A DNA stretch of 63,983 nucleotides, the filler included, from Saprolegnia diclina VS20 (Eukaryota): NCBI RefSeq assembly GCF_000281045.1. It is 6 parts of 2 records of this genome, joined end to end, with 100 filler letters (N's around TTAATTAATTAA, not from the genome) between each part and the next. Parts side by side here need not be neighbours in the genome. Positions count along the whole stretch, not along the records: positions 35,498 to 59,860 come from NW_008246090.1; 5 more parts are not named here. One strand, 5' to 3'. Position 1 is the first letter of the stretch. Every line of letters begins with the position of its first letter. Made by a program: the position numbers and the translations under genes. Below the pieces are notes generated by a model. It was not told where the DNA came from. It saw only the letters and a list, made by a program, of their open reading frames with translations, and did not search any database. Positions 47,966 to 59,860 of the stretch are shown one piece after another.

Positions 47966-50193
47966 ATGGCGTTCGAGTGGCATGCGACGCAAGATGCGAT
48001 CGACGAGGAAGAAGACTGGGAAGCCGCCCAGAGCGGCAAGGAGGCGCTCCTCGTCCTCATCGACGTGCGCAAGTCCATGTTCCAACGCGTCGACGGCGAG
48101 GCCATGAGCTGGTTCCAGACTTGCGGCGAGATGCTCGTGAAGCTGCTCAAGAGCAAGATCATCGCGAACGACGGGTCGCTCATGGGCGTCGTCTTCTTTG
48201 GCACGGTACGCTCCATGTAGGAGGATGACGACGATGGGAAAATGACGCCATCTGGGCTATAGACGACGACCAAGAACGTGAATGGGCTGGACCACGTGTA
48301 CGAGCTCCAGGAGCTCGGGTTTCCATCGGCCCGCCGCATCAAGCAGCTTCGCGATATTGTCGACGACGCGTTCGACTTCCAGGCTGCGTTTGGCTCCATG
48401 GGTGAGAACGACCCTGTGTCGCTGAGCAATGCGCTGTGGCACGCCGGCATTGCCTTCTCCAACGCCAAGTACGTCACTTCTTCGTCGTTCTCTGTGCAAA
48501 CATGGACTTAATATGGATATTAGCCTCCAGAAGAAAGACTCGCAGACGATCTGGATCCTGACGAACCAAGAAGACCCGACGATGGGCGGCGCCGACGAGG
48601 CCGACCGCGTCCTCAAGCAGTACGCCAACCACGTCGAGCTCAAGCGCGCGATCCACCTCTTCCACATGCCGCCGCCGGCTCAGTCGACCTTCGATCTCTC
48701 GCGCTTCTACGGGCGCATGTTTCAAGACGCTTCAGCATTTGCGCTCACCGAAGACAGCAGTCTTCAGCCCGCGTATGCGATCCATACCTACCAAGCCATG
48801 ATGGAGGAGAGTCTTCGCAAGCGGTTCCGGAAGCGCCGGCTCACGACGCTCAGCTGGACGATCGGACCTGGTATTGCGATCGGCGTCGAGCTCTACGCGC
48901 TCCGGATCAAGCAGACAAAGCCGTCGCCGCTGCACTTGGACGCAGAGACCAACACGCCGCTCAAGTCAGAGACCAAGTGGCTCTGCGACTCGACGGGCAT
49001 GTACCTCACGCCCGACCAGATGCGCAAGTACATTGAGTACGGCAAGAGCCGCGTTTACTTTACGGCCGACGACGTGGTCGAGCTCAAGTACTTTGCCGCC
49101 GCCGGTACAACCTTGATGGCGCATTTGCATCGTCTCAGACGCGTGATAGGACTCCAACTGCTCGGCTTCGAGCCCGCAGACCACTTGAAGGAGCACGAGA
49201 ACGTTCGTGCACCGTACTTTATCTACCCCGCCGAGGTACACGCTTGATTATGCTCCTGAGTATCGAGTACGAGACATGTAGGCGTATATTGAAGGCAGCA
49301 CGGTGGCCTTTACTGCTCTCCACACGTCGATGCTCACGAAGAAGGTTATGGCGATCGCGCGGCTCATTGCACGCAAGAATACCCCGCCGCGCCTCGTCGC
49401 CCTCGTGCCCCAGGTAGATCTTGGTATGCTGTGGCACAAGCTCACGGGTCGTAGCTCGAAGCGTACGACGACCAAGGCCAAGTGCAACCGTCGGGCTTCC
49501 ACGTCATCTTCCTCCCGTACGTCGACGACGTGCGCCAGCTCCGTGTCGACGCCGACGGCCAGCGCGACCGTACGCGCCACTGTTATTGCTTCTACGTACT
49601 TATAGCCACTGGTGTAGCCAATGCCGACCAAATCGAAGCGGCCAAGAAGGTGGTCCAGACGCTCACGATCTCCGAGTTGCCGTCCTTCCAGAACCCAGGT
49701 TTGTCGACATTTCGTAGGAATAGGCGACGTTCACGACGGCATGTAGAGCTCCAAAAGCACTATGCCAGCATCCAAGCATTGGCGCTTGACGAAGACACCC
49801 TTGCGTTTGACGACAAGGACGACACGACGCTGCCGGATGCTGCCGGGTTTCAGCGCCCCAAAGTCGTGGTAGCCAGGATCATCCATTGGTCTAGTTTAGC
49901 TACACAATCCATAGGCGGCGCTGACGGCCTTCCGCGATACCGTCGGTGGCGACGAGCTCAACAAGGACAACACCAAGCGCAAGGCGCCGGCGAGTACGAG
50001 CCGAGGCGGGACAAAGGCGGTCAAAACCGAAACCGACCCGAATGACGTGGCAGCGTGGAAGCAGCTCGCAGCATCCGGTCTCGTGGCCAAGAAGACCGTC
50101 GCGGACCTCAAGGTCTTCTTGGACGCGCAGGGGCTGAGTACAACGGGCAAGAAGGCCGACCTCGTCGAGCGCACGCTAGCGTTCCTCGGCTAA
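47966..50193 (+). CDS. KU70: Ku70 (XRCC6) NHEJ DNA end-binding subunit, multi-exon
   Basis: vWA motifs (EALLVLIDVRKSM, GVVFFGT, IWILTNQEDP), Ku core (GLQLLGF, FIYPAE, PRLVALVPQ, GFHVIFLPYVDDVR, FQNPELQKHY) and a C-terminal SAP domain (TVADLKVFL...GKKADLVER). Confidence 0.96.
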
Positions 50194-50247
50194 GGCGATG
50201 CATGATGATGTACTAGGCAAGTGTCTCTATTGCATGGGATATGGTCT

Positions 50248-51408
50248 CTAGCGGAGGGTAAACTGGGCCATGATGGGCACGTGGTCGCTGCCGTGCTTGG
50301 AGTTGGGGATCCCGTTGTAGTTGCGCAGCGTCGGGTCGACCTGAGCAATCGCGTGCCAGCCGTCGGGCCCGTCTTCTTCGCGCAATTCGGCTTCGGTCGG
50401 GATCGGCAAAATGGCCTGCGCCTTGATCGTCTCTTCCGAGTACCTACGTAGAATGCATACGCCATGCCGCAGAGCACGATGATGGACGGACCAGATGTAG
50501 TCGATGGCCCAGCAGCGTCGGTAGTTGACCGTCGTGTGCGGCGGCTCGTTGCAGTCGTCGTCCGGCGCGTCCGGCGTCTCGGGCAGCGCGCGGTAGCTTG
50601 CGTACGCACTGCGCATCTTGGCGAGCGGCTGGAGGAAGACGTCACGCATGTACGCATACAGAGGCGACGATTGTGAGTTGTTGAAGTCGCCACAGAGCAC
50701 AAACTAGCAACAAAACACTGTCAGACATGGCGGTCGAGGAGGATGTCGTACCGGCAGCGGCGCGTGTAGCAGGTGCTGATACTTGAGCTCGAGCGACGTC
50801 TTGAGCGCTCGGACCTCGTTGTCGAGCTCGCGGAGCTGCTTCATCTGATGGTCGACCTTGCGGCTGTTCCACCAGAGGTGTGTGCACCCGACGAGGAGCA
50901 TGTCGCCTCTGTTGTCGTCCGACCGCTCTTGTAGCAGCACGAGCAGCGCGACGCGGTCATGTTCGTCGTGGAAGTTGAAGCTCTCGCACTCGCGCAGCTC
51001 GTAGCGGTCGTTCCGGAAGAAGATGCCACAGCCGTCCATCTTCTTTTCGCCGCTCCACGTCGATCGGTGCGTCGATGGGCGCTTGACCCACGCGCTCTCG
51101 TAGCCAAGGCGCGCCATAGCCGGCCGGAAGAAGGTCCAGTAGTCGCTGCACTCTTCCAAGCACACGATGTCGGCGTCGAGGCCATGCAGCTGGTCGAGGA
51201 GGATGTTCTTGCGCGTCTCCCACGCGAGCAAAGCGGGTTGCACGTACGGAAAGTGGCTGGGCGAAGCGAGGTTGCTCGCGAGGATGTTGAGCTGGACGAC
51301 CGAGAAGGCCGGCTTGGCGGCGCCGCCGGCGAACGGCAGCGGGACGAGCTTCGTAGTCATGGCGCGGGTACCGGCGAGGACGTGGCGCAGACTTCGTCGC
51401 TGGAGCAT
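50248..51408 (-). CDS. CCR4/nocturnin/Angel-family EEP phosphohydrolase, multi-exon
   Basis: QLNILA, ADIVCLEEC, DGCGIFF, CTHLWW, LCGDFNN, IDYIW and GSDHVPI motifs. No LRR domain. Confidence 0.92.
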
Positions 51409-52443
51409 CCAGCCTGAAACTGGCGTCAACGAAAAAGTATTTTAATGCTGGCGCACGAAAAAGAATACTTGGTCTCTTGTCTTTTGTATGCATTTTTATT
51501 CCAATGTTTTTTGCCCAGTGATAATGTTACGAAAGACCTCGTGGGCGACGACAGGCTTCGCTGGTCTTGGTAGGACTCGGCCGTGCACCGAGGTCGGGGA
51601 TCGATACTCAGCGCGCTACCTTGTTCCTAGCTTAAGCTGAGCGTTGACTTGAATGTAGAAACATAAAGAGACCTCTCGCTGGGCGCACGTTGTTGCGTGG
51701 TGCGGCCCGGAACGCGTTGTAAATAGTGTGTGCCAGTGTTGGCATTCTGTATGGTTTGAAACAGAATTTAAAAACAGTGGATACATCTGCTTCCATTTGC
51801 AGGGCTCGCAGAAAGGACGACGACGTCGTCGTGCCAAGCGCGTCATGGTGCCATCGAAACCACTTGTACACTATACAATTTCTACTCTTCATTCCATTGA
51901 TGCGACTACTACCTTACAGCGTTCAACAGAAGAAAAAACGAGACTTGGCGCAGGAGCGTACAATGAGAGAGGGACGTGGCCAAATGCTGCAGCTCGTTGC
52001 CTCTGCGGACGCTCAACGCGTTCGCCCTCTTTCCAGTCGCAGCAACCGTCGACTTGCTTGTTCCGACGAGCGAGTGGGACGGGCGTAGTATCTCGCTGGC
52101 GATCTTGCCCTTGCCTCGGATATCTGCGTGACGTCCAGATTGCGCAAATCATCGAGTTCAAGCATCGAGATTGCGACCAAGCGGCGCAAGAGCGAACATC
52201 CGTCAGCGAGTACAATTGTAGCCTTTTCGAATCACGTCGTGCCCTTCTCGCTGCTGATAGATACGCACGTCCTCTTGACCGAGTTGGTCTTTTTCAGGAT
52301 GCAACACACAAGCGTGGATCATATGTAGACCGAGCGTATACGAGGTCGCTGGTGTTCATCACGTCGACGACCACCGCGTGCAAGTACCACTGGTTGACAA
52401 ATCTTTGTCTCGACCTTGAGCACCAGCTGCCAAAATGTGCTTG

Positions 52444-52504
52444 CTCTCTCGTGCCCTGGCAAGAGCCTTCACCCTCTCTCGTGCCCTGGCAAGAGCCTTC
52501 ACCC
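52444..52504. repeat. 30-bp direct tandem duplication
   Basis: CTCTCTCGTGCCCTGGCAAGAGCCTTCACC x2. Confidence 0.92.
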
Positions 52505-52799
52505 TTGCAATTTTGCTCATATATGAGTGGCCTACTGCTTGGGGTCAACCAAACATCTCGGCGCCAGAAGAAGATCTCGATGTAGAATCTCACAGGTCCC
52601 GCCCCGTCCTTGTTGGTGTCGATTCAAATTGTCTGTGGCTCCTGTATTGGTGTGCGTTGCTTTGCGTTGCGGGTACCTCCCGAAGCTGCTTTGTCTGCGG
52701 TCGCCAGGTCGTTGCACGATTCAATACATTGTTGGTATAGCTCAGTACCTGTCAAGAGCCAACTTGGTGGTGCCAGACCCATGCCAATAAGGAAGAAGC

Positions 52800-52846
52800 A
52801 AAAAAAGAGGTTTGATCACAGGACTTGAACCCACGCCACTCGCGTG
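52800..52846 (-). pseudogene. tRNA-derived 3'-half remnant (variable arm plus T-loop/B-box plus oligo-T)
   Basis: The minus strand reads CAC-GCGA-GTG GCGTGGGTTCAAGTCC TGTGATCAAACCTC TTTTTTT. No D arm or acceptor stem is recognisable. Confidence 0.35.
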
Positions 52847-53455
52847 TCATGGCGGACTGCTCTATCAGGACATCAACGGCAGTCTCGTCAGGCTGCGAAT
52901 CGACGTAACCGTACGGCATCCGGATAAAGCCAATGAAATGCTGCACGCAGAGACTGCCACGCGATCGAGACACGACAGCGGACACGGTCGTTGACGAAGC
53001 GAGCCCTTCTCAGCCCTTCCGAGGCATTCCTCCCAGTTCGATGGCGCCGCGGTCAGACAGGCCTGCTCATGTCAACAACGCGTTATACACAAGGCGCAAG
53101 TAACGCCTGAGGCTCCGACATACTGCTGAGCCGCGTGCCAGCCATGCCTCGACCCGCTGCAGCGATGCTGCTGCATAGGCGCGCCATCTTTTACGAATGG
53201 CGTCATTTGTGCCGTAGGACGAGGAGGCGACATGGGTGCTTGTGCGGATTGCGCCGAGGTCCGCGAGCGTAGCAAACGCCGTCCCACTGTACCGCGCACG
53301 AATGCACCCAGTCTCCATCGCCGAGTAATATGGCTGCCACCGCGGTCGTTGACTGCTTGTCGCGTTTCCTTATCACAATCACGCGATGACGCCTCACTAT
53401 TCTTGTCGCAGGTATATATAAGCAGAAAACGATTTCGAAGGTGCTGCGCAGTAGC

Positions 53456-56400
53456 ATGTCGTCTTGTCCGCGCGCGATGGCGCTCCAGCGGCGCGCGCTG
53501 CAGCGACAGGCGGCGACCACGTCGTCCTCGTGTCTCTTCTCGTTCGCGCCGCACATTGCCGCCTCGGTGCCCCGGCAGCTCGTCGCGTACTTTGCAAATG
53601 GTGGGCCGCTCCCGAGCGTTGGCGCGCCCATCGTGACGACGCATGTATCGGGCGGCGCGCTGGTCCTCGCCGACATATCACACTGTAGGCATTTACCATC
53701 AACTTGTATCGTCTTGCTCATGCAAGATCACTTGCGTAGACTCGCAGCTCGTTGCCTCGCTCGCCGACGATGGCGATGTGGGCATGCAGACGCTGTGCAG
53801 AGTCATGGAGACGTGCTTCACCAAGATGATCGATACGATCGACATGCATGGCGGCGACTGCATCAAGTTTGCCGGCGACGCGCTCCTCGTGTCGTTTCCA
53901 ACGATCGAGGCGAGCGCTGCCTGCGCGCTCGCGCTGCTCGCCGTCACCTCCGCCTCGTGTGGTGTCGAGATTCACATTGCCATTGCGTTTGGCGACCTCC
54001 TCGGACTGCACCTCGGCGGGGTCCACCACGCGTTCGAGTACGTTGTTGGCGGCGCGCCGTTCCAGCAGCTCCAAGACATTGTCGACTGCAGCGGACCCAA
54101 CTCGATCACGCTGTCGCAGGCAGCGTGGGACGCCCTCGGTCCGTCCGCCGTCGGCCACGCGCTGGTCGACGGCCGGGCCTACGCGCTCACGGGCCTTGCG
54201 TCATCATCATCATCGACATGTATGTCCCACGGTCGAATGGCGCTGCCTGAGCTCTGTCCGTCGACACTGGATGCGATCCGCAAGTACGCACCGGCGCCGC
54301 TCATGGCCACGATCGACGTCCAGCAGTTTGACCTTGTCGCCGAGTACCGTCAGTGCTCGATCCTCTTTGTGACGCTGCAAGATCTCTCCCTGGCATCAAC
54401 CGTCATTGATGTGCACCGGCTACAGACAGTGTTTGTGCGCCTCCAGCACATTCTGCACTGCCACGGCGGTTTTTGCCGCCAGTTTCTAGCCGACGACAAG
54501 GGCACGGTGCTCATCGCCGCCTTTGGCGTCCACGGCTTCTCTCACTTTGACAATGCCCTGCGTGCGCTCAAGACCGCGCTCGAGATGGCCGACGCGCTCG
54601 CCGACCTCGCTGTTGCCGTACGCGCTTTTCGATTTTCAAAAAGCTCACATTGCACTTTCTATGTAGGCGACGCTCGGGGTTGCAACTGGTAAAGTTTACG
54701 CCGGGCTACTGGGTTGTGCGCGCCGGCACGAGTACGCGGTCGTTGGGAGCGCGGTCGTGACAGCCGCACGCCTCGCGGGTCTGCCGGCGACAGGAAGGGA
54801 CTCTGCGGCGTGCCGCGTTCTCTGCGATGCACCGACGCGTGATATCGTCGAGCATGAGCGTGACGTCGCCCTCACTCGGTACGGTGATGTGCAGCTCAAG
54901 GGCCAGCGCGGCCCCGCCGTCGTCTATAACGTGGCACCCGCGTCGGCGCACCGGGTGTCGGGACGCAGCCCGATGCTTGGCCGCGAGGCGCTGGTCGCGT
55001 CTGTCTTGCGACACTTAGTGAGCCACGACCGCGCGCTCGTCGTGCTCGAAGGCTCGATCGGCAGCGGTCGGTCGTGCTTTCTCAACCACATCGAATTGCT
55101 TGTTCCCAAGATGACGTCCGTGCTGCGGTACCGCGCGAGCTGGCACGACGCGCCGCTGTCGCTCTGGCGACACGTGGCGCAGCTGCTTCTCATTCCCCTC
55201 GTCGACGTCGACGAGCTGCGTCGCGTGCTGCACCGAAATCGTCCCGTGCTCATCATCGACGACTTTGAAGCGATCGACGAGGCGTCGCTCGAGCGCCTCG
55301 GCGACCTCCTTGGTGACGCGCCCCTGCGTGTGCTAGTGTCGGTTCCAACGACGACGACGTGCCAAACGCTCCGCTTCCGGCTGCGCCACCACTTTAAGCG
55401 TGTGTACCAGTGGAGCGTTGTGTGCAAGGTCACGGTGCGGCTTCCGCCGTTGGCGCCTGAGCACATTGCCGCGCTGAGCTGCCAGCTCTTGCACGCGTCA
55501 AGCCTCGCGCCCGACGTCCACAAGTTTATCTCGGCCACGTCGCTCGGGAGTCCGCTCTGGATCCAGCAAATCGTGCACTGCTTGCACACCAAAGGCTTTG
55601 TGGCGCTCTCCAAGAACCACCGGAGAGTGTCCTTTACGCCGGCGTTTGCATCGGCCAAGCGAAGCCAGCTCAGTAGCATCCACGACATCGTCCTCGCCCA
55701 AGTCGAAGAGCTCTCGGAAACTCAGCGCTGGCTTCTCAAGCTCGGAGCGATCATCGGGTCGTCGTTCCAGATCAACGAGCTTCTCTGGCTCTGCCACGGC
55801 TTCTCGCACCTCCAGGCATGGGTCGATGGTGACACGCTGCAGTGGCAGCTCGGCCTTCTCTGCAAAGCCGGCTACCTCGAGGTTCGTTGGAATGAAGTGA
55901 TTATGATATTGACTTACACACTCGCTAGGTTGTTGACGGTGGCAGCGCTGTGACGGTCGAGACACGGCGCCGGTCGCACTCGGAGACGCAACACCCCAAG
56001 TTGCAGCGCGTGCGCCGAGGTCACAGCCACCACGACTTGGCATCGGCGCTCAAGCGAGCACGGCTACACGTCCGCTACCGCTTCTGCGTACATTCCTCTC
56101 TTCCACGACGTTGCGGAGGCTCATGCACATACAATGACTAGCATGCCAACGTGCGGGATGCGCTGCTCGACGTTTTCCTGCCCGCCCAGCGCCGCATGGC
56201 TCATTCGCTCATGATCGACTTGCTCGACGACCTCTCCGTCTTGCACGAACCGTCGCACCTCGCTCGGCTCGCCCACCACTGCGTCGAAGCGGGCATGCGG
56301 ACCAAGGCGCTCGCGTACCTCGAGCGCGCCAGCATCCTCGCAGCCGCCACCGACGTGGCCCTATTTGACCGCCTCGTCGAGATGCGCTTTGCGCCGTCGG

Positions 56401-57719
56401 CGTCGCGCGTCTCGTGGCTCCTGGCGTCCGTGCGTGCGCGTCGCCTGGCGCGACCTGGCGATGTGGACGGTATCATGGAGCTGCTGGTCGAAGCCGTCGC
56501 CTTGGTGCACGTTTCCTCGCCCGAGAAGGAGCGGTCGGTGTCGATCCCCGTCGCTGGCGCCTGTCTCGCCATGGCGACTTGCATTTGCTTGGAATATGAG
56601 TTTGCATCGTCGTCCTGGGCGAGCCAGCACATCGACGGCGCGACGTGTGTTCAGCAGCTCACGCAGCTGCCCGATCATGAGTGCAGCCGCCATCTTCTCG
56701 ACGTGGACGTTCTCGCGGGCTACTGCATCGCCCAGCACGTTGCCAAGCGTCCTGTCTTTCACCGCGCGATAGCCTCGGCACCCGCTAAGCTCTATGCTCT
56801 TGCTGCTCACCGCGTCGCCAGTCTTTGCACCGAGACTTTGGCCATCGTCTCGCCAACGACCACGGAGGCTCGCTGCGTCATGGACGCTGTGCACATGCAT
56901 CTGGCGTTTGGCGCAAGCGACGACACGCACTTGGTCGAGCTCATGAACGTCCTCATGACGTCCGAGGACCCGCGTCTCGCGCAGTGCCTCCAGCTGGTAC
57001 GTGGCGACACGCGAGAGCTCGCTAACTGCATCGCGCTCAGCGACGACGACGTCCGTCTTCTTGGCGGCCTTCCCGCGCGACTCGTGGGCAAGACGGTGCT
57101 CGCCAAGTACTACGACCGCTACGCCAACAGCACATCCCTGGCGCTGCATCACATGCATGGCGCGATTGAAGCGCTGCAAGGGCTGGCGACCCGGGCGACG
57201 ACCCTCCTATGGGCGCCGCGCGCGCATCTCTTGGTCTACGCGCAGTGGCTGGCGCTACTCGCCTACGACATGACGCGGCACATGGACGAGACGCGTCGAC
57301 TGAGCAATCACGTCACCGCACTGGCGCGTGTCTGCGACGAGCTCTTTCCACCGACGACGGTCGGCCTTGGCAGCCTCGCGAGTGTCTTCTTCCGCAGCTT
57401 GACGAGCCTCGTGCTTCAGAAACTCGAGCCGGCTCGCGCGAGCAGCGATCACCATGATGCGCTCTCGTCATTGGCGAGCCGCGCGTGCAAGGTCGGCTGG
57501 CTCAGCTTGCGCCGCCATGCCATGTACGTTCTCGCAATGGAAGACGACGCGGACAGCAAAATCTCGTGGGTCCTGGACGTTGAAGTTCCCGAGTTGGCGA
57601 CAAGCTATCTCAAAAACTTACATGCAGCCTCCACCAATTCCAGCAGCAACAACAGCTATCGTGATGCGTCTCCGGACTGTATTGCCGGCGCGACCGCAAC
57701 CCTCTCCCTTGTACTCTAG
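53456..57719 (+). CDS. Soluble adenylyl cyclase (ADCY10)-like protein: two class III cyclase domains, P-loop/STAND-like domain and helical tail; multi-exon
   Basis: C1 LADIS...HGGDCIKFAGDALL. C2 AEYRQCSILF...QFLADDKGTVLIAAFG...GVATGKVYAG...RHEYAVVG...AARL. Then MLGREA, EGSIGSGRS, LIIDD, GSPLWI and LLKLGAIIG. Confidence 0.88.
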
Positions 57720-57775
57720 ACTATCTAATTTATACATACCACGTATTGGAGATCATCAAGATTTTCTTTTTTGAT

Positions 57776-57830
57776 TGATTACACTGCACGGTCTAGTCGG
57801 ATGATTACACTGCACGGTCTAGTCGGATGA
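57776..57830. repeat. 26-bp direct tandem duplication
   Basis: TGATTACACTGCACGGTCTAGTCGGA x2, downstream of the cyclase stop. Confidence 0.92.
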
Positions 57831-58049
57831 GTACCTCGGATGCTATAGACCATGAACATGCACACTCCTTTGTGAGAGCAAGACTATATACGCTGATGTG
57901 TTCGTACAGATATTGACAGTGGCCTTGACGGCTCCGATTCTAGCTGGGTGGTAGAGAGGTGACGCAGTCCGAGCACCATGTAGTCGCGCTCAGAACGGTG
58001 CAAATCTAGACCGCAAAGAACTACCGGCACTTGAGGCACTTGCACTGTC

Positions 58050-58930
58050 GTATGCTCGATTTTTGCCCGAGAACCCGCTACGACTTACAATGCGACGTGC
58101 GCCGACTCGGACATGCTGCAGACGTACCCGTAGTGGCCTTTGTCGTCGCCTGCGGCGTCGAGCACGGCACAGCCTTTGCGCGCCACGTGCAGAGTTTCAT
58201 CGCGACCGACGCCGCGATCGCGCCACAATTGGCGTTCCTTGCACAGCTAGCGATCGCGTTTCGCACCCGCGGTGTCGTCGGCGTCGCCCGCGTCATTGCA
58301 CGCGACGACCTTTGTCGAGTGTCCGTGCGACGTCCTACGATGCCTCCTCCACGATGTGCGCCCGCGTATCTTGGAGGTCGACGCCGCGGACGAGCATCAT
58401 ATTCATGCTGAGCTGCAGTTTACTCAGGGCATCCGTGTGCTGCGGTGGCCACTCCGACTGAGCACAAAAGAAGAAACAGACCCTCAAGATCAACACTCGG
58501 CGAAAGTGATCTGCAACATGAACGAGCTCCGAGCCAGCGTCTTGATCTTTGAGAGCATCGGCGTTTGAGCCCGAATTCCAAGCTCATTTGTGTCCACAAA
58601 GTTATGAAGAAGCGTAGGTTCGAACGCGCTAATGCATAATCCTGCGTCGACGATCCATGTCGCTTCGGTGGGCACGACGCCGTCAAGGCGGCCGCGTCGT
58701 CGGCAACTGCCTGTGCGAGCGTTAGCACGGCTAGTTTGAAGGACTGTCAGCTGCACAGGGTGTACATAAGCGATGAGTGTGTTGCCGTCGGTCGAAAGTA
58801 TCAGCGAGAGGCAGCTGCGAGAGGCATGTTCCCAGGACAACGTCGGAGGCGGCGCCTTTCCCGAGAACACGTCAAGCCAGCACAGTGTACTTTGCAAAGG
58901 TACCAGCATGTGGCTGTACATCGTACGTTC
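58050..58930. pseudogene. Degenerate coding fragments on both strands
   Basis: The + strand segment VVAFVVACGVEHGTAFARHVQSFIAT...QLAIAFRTRGVVGVARVIA resembles 35820-35990. The - strand segment LSKIKTLARSSF resembles LLKIHTLARSSF at about 63100-63135. Frames are broken. Confidence 0.4.
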
Positions 58931-59030
58931 NNNNNNNNNNNNNNNNNNNNNNNNNNNNNNNNNNNNNNNNNNNNNNNNNNNNNNNNNNNNNNNNNNNNNN
59001 NNNNNNNNNNNNNNNNNNNNNNNNNNNNNN

Positions 59031-59860
59031 CATTTTCATCCGGCAACCTGGAGCGCCGGCGAAGATCCACCCGAACGCACTTGTCCAGGCCCTCGCCGAG
59101 ATCGAGCCCAGCCTCGCGGGGGCGTACCCGACGCATGGTCTGCTCGTGCTCGGGACATCGCTCATGCGGTTCACGGAGCTGATGGTGGCCATCCGCGACG
59201 ACCCGCGCGTCCCCGCTGAACAGCGCGTGCAGTGGCTGCGCATCACGTCTACCGGGTGGATCACATGCACGCCCACGCTCGACACGGCCACGGACGTCGA
59301 CAACGTCGTCTTTCGGTCGCCCTCTGGGACGCCGCTCCAACACAACTGCGTCGCTGTCCTGACCAAGACCTCGACGTCCGAGGGCCATACGACGGACATC
59401 AACTTTGAAGGCGCGACGCAAGACGAGCATCCGACGCTCGCAAACGCCCTCGTGCTTTCCGATCGCAAGGTCACGGTGCGCGGGCCTGTTCCGTCGCATT
59501 GTTTTTGGCTGGACGCCGACATGATCTGCTACGCGATCACGCTCGGTACGCTGGCCCACCAACTGGACTTTGCGGACGTCATTCGCGCGACCGCGCGGTC
59601 GTTTGGCGCCTTCAAGCTTACGACAGGGACGATCGGGAGCTCATCCGGCGGTGCTGCCATGCGCCTGTTTTCTGGCTACTCGCCCTTCTTCAAGACGGTC
59701 TTGTCGACCAAGAAGAACAGCAACAAGACCAAGCGCCAGAAGGTCCAACACGACGTAGCGGAGGCAGAAGAGGAAGAGGCGGCGCCGCCCGCGGTCGACG
59801 AGACGCTCGACATCGTCGATGAAAATTGCATCCGCTACCTCGAGGCGCGCCTGGCCGCCA
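59031..59860 (+). CDS. Partial hypothetical protein bounded by gaps
   Basis: About 276 codons open from gap to gap with strong GC3 bias and a basic NLS-like patch (KKNSNKTKRQK). No recognised domain. Confidence 0.55.

Noticed and set aside
46226..50193. SUKH plus Ku70 as a bacterial-style toxin-immunity or NHEJ module
   Set aside because: Ku70 is the standard eukaryotic vWA-Ku-SAP form, both genes are intron-rich, and no toxin or ligase gene is adjacent.
52444..57830. CRISPR-like repeats of 26-30 bp
   Set aside because: Only two adjacent copies each, no spacers, no cas genes, and a eukaryotic context.
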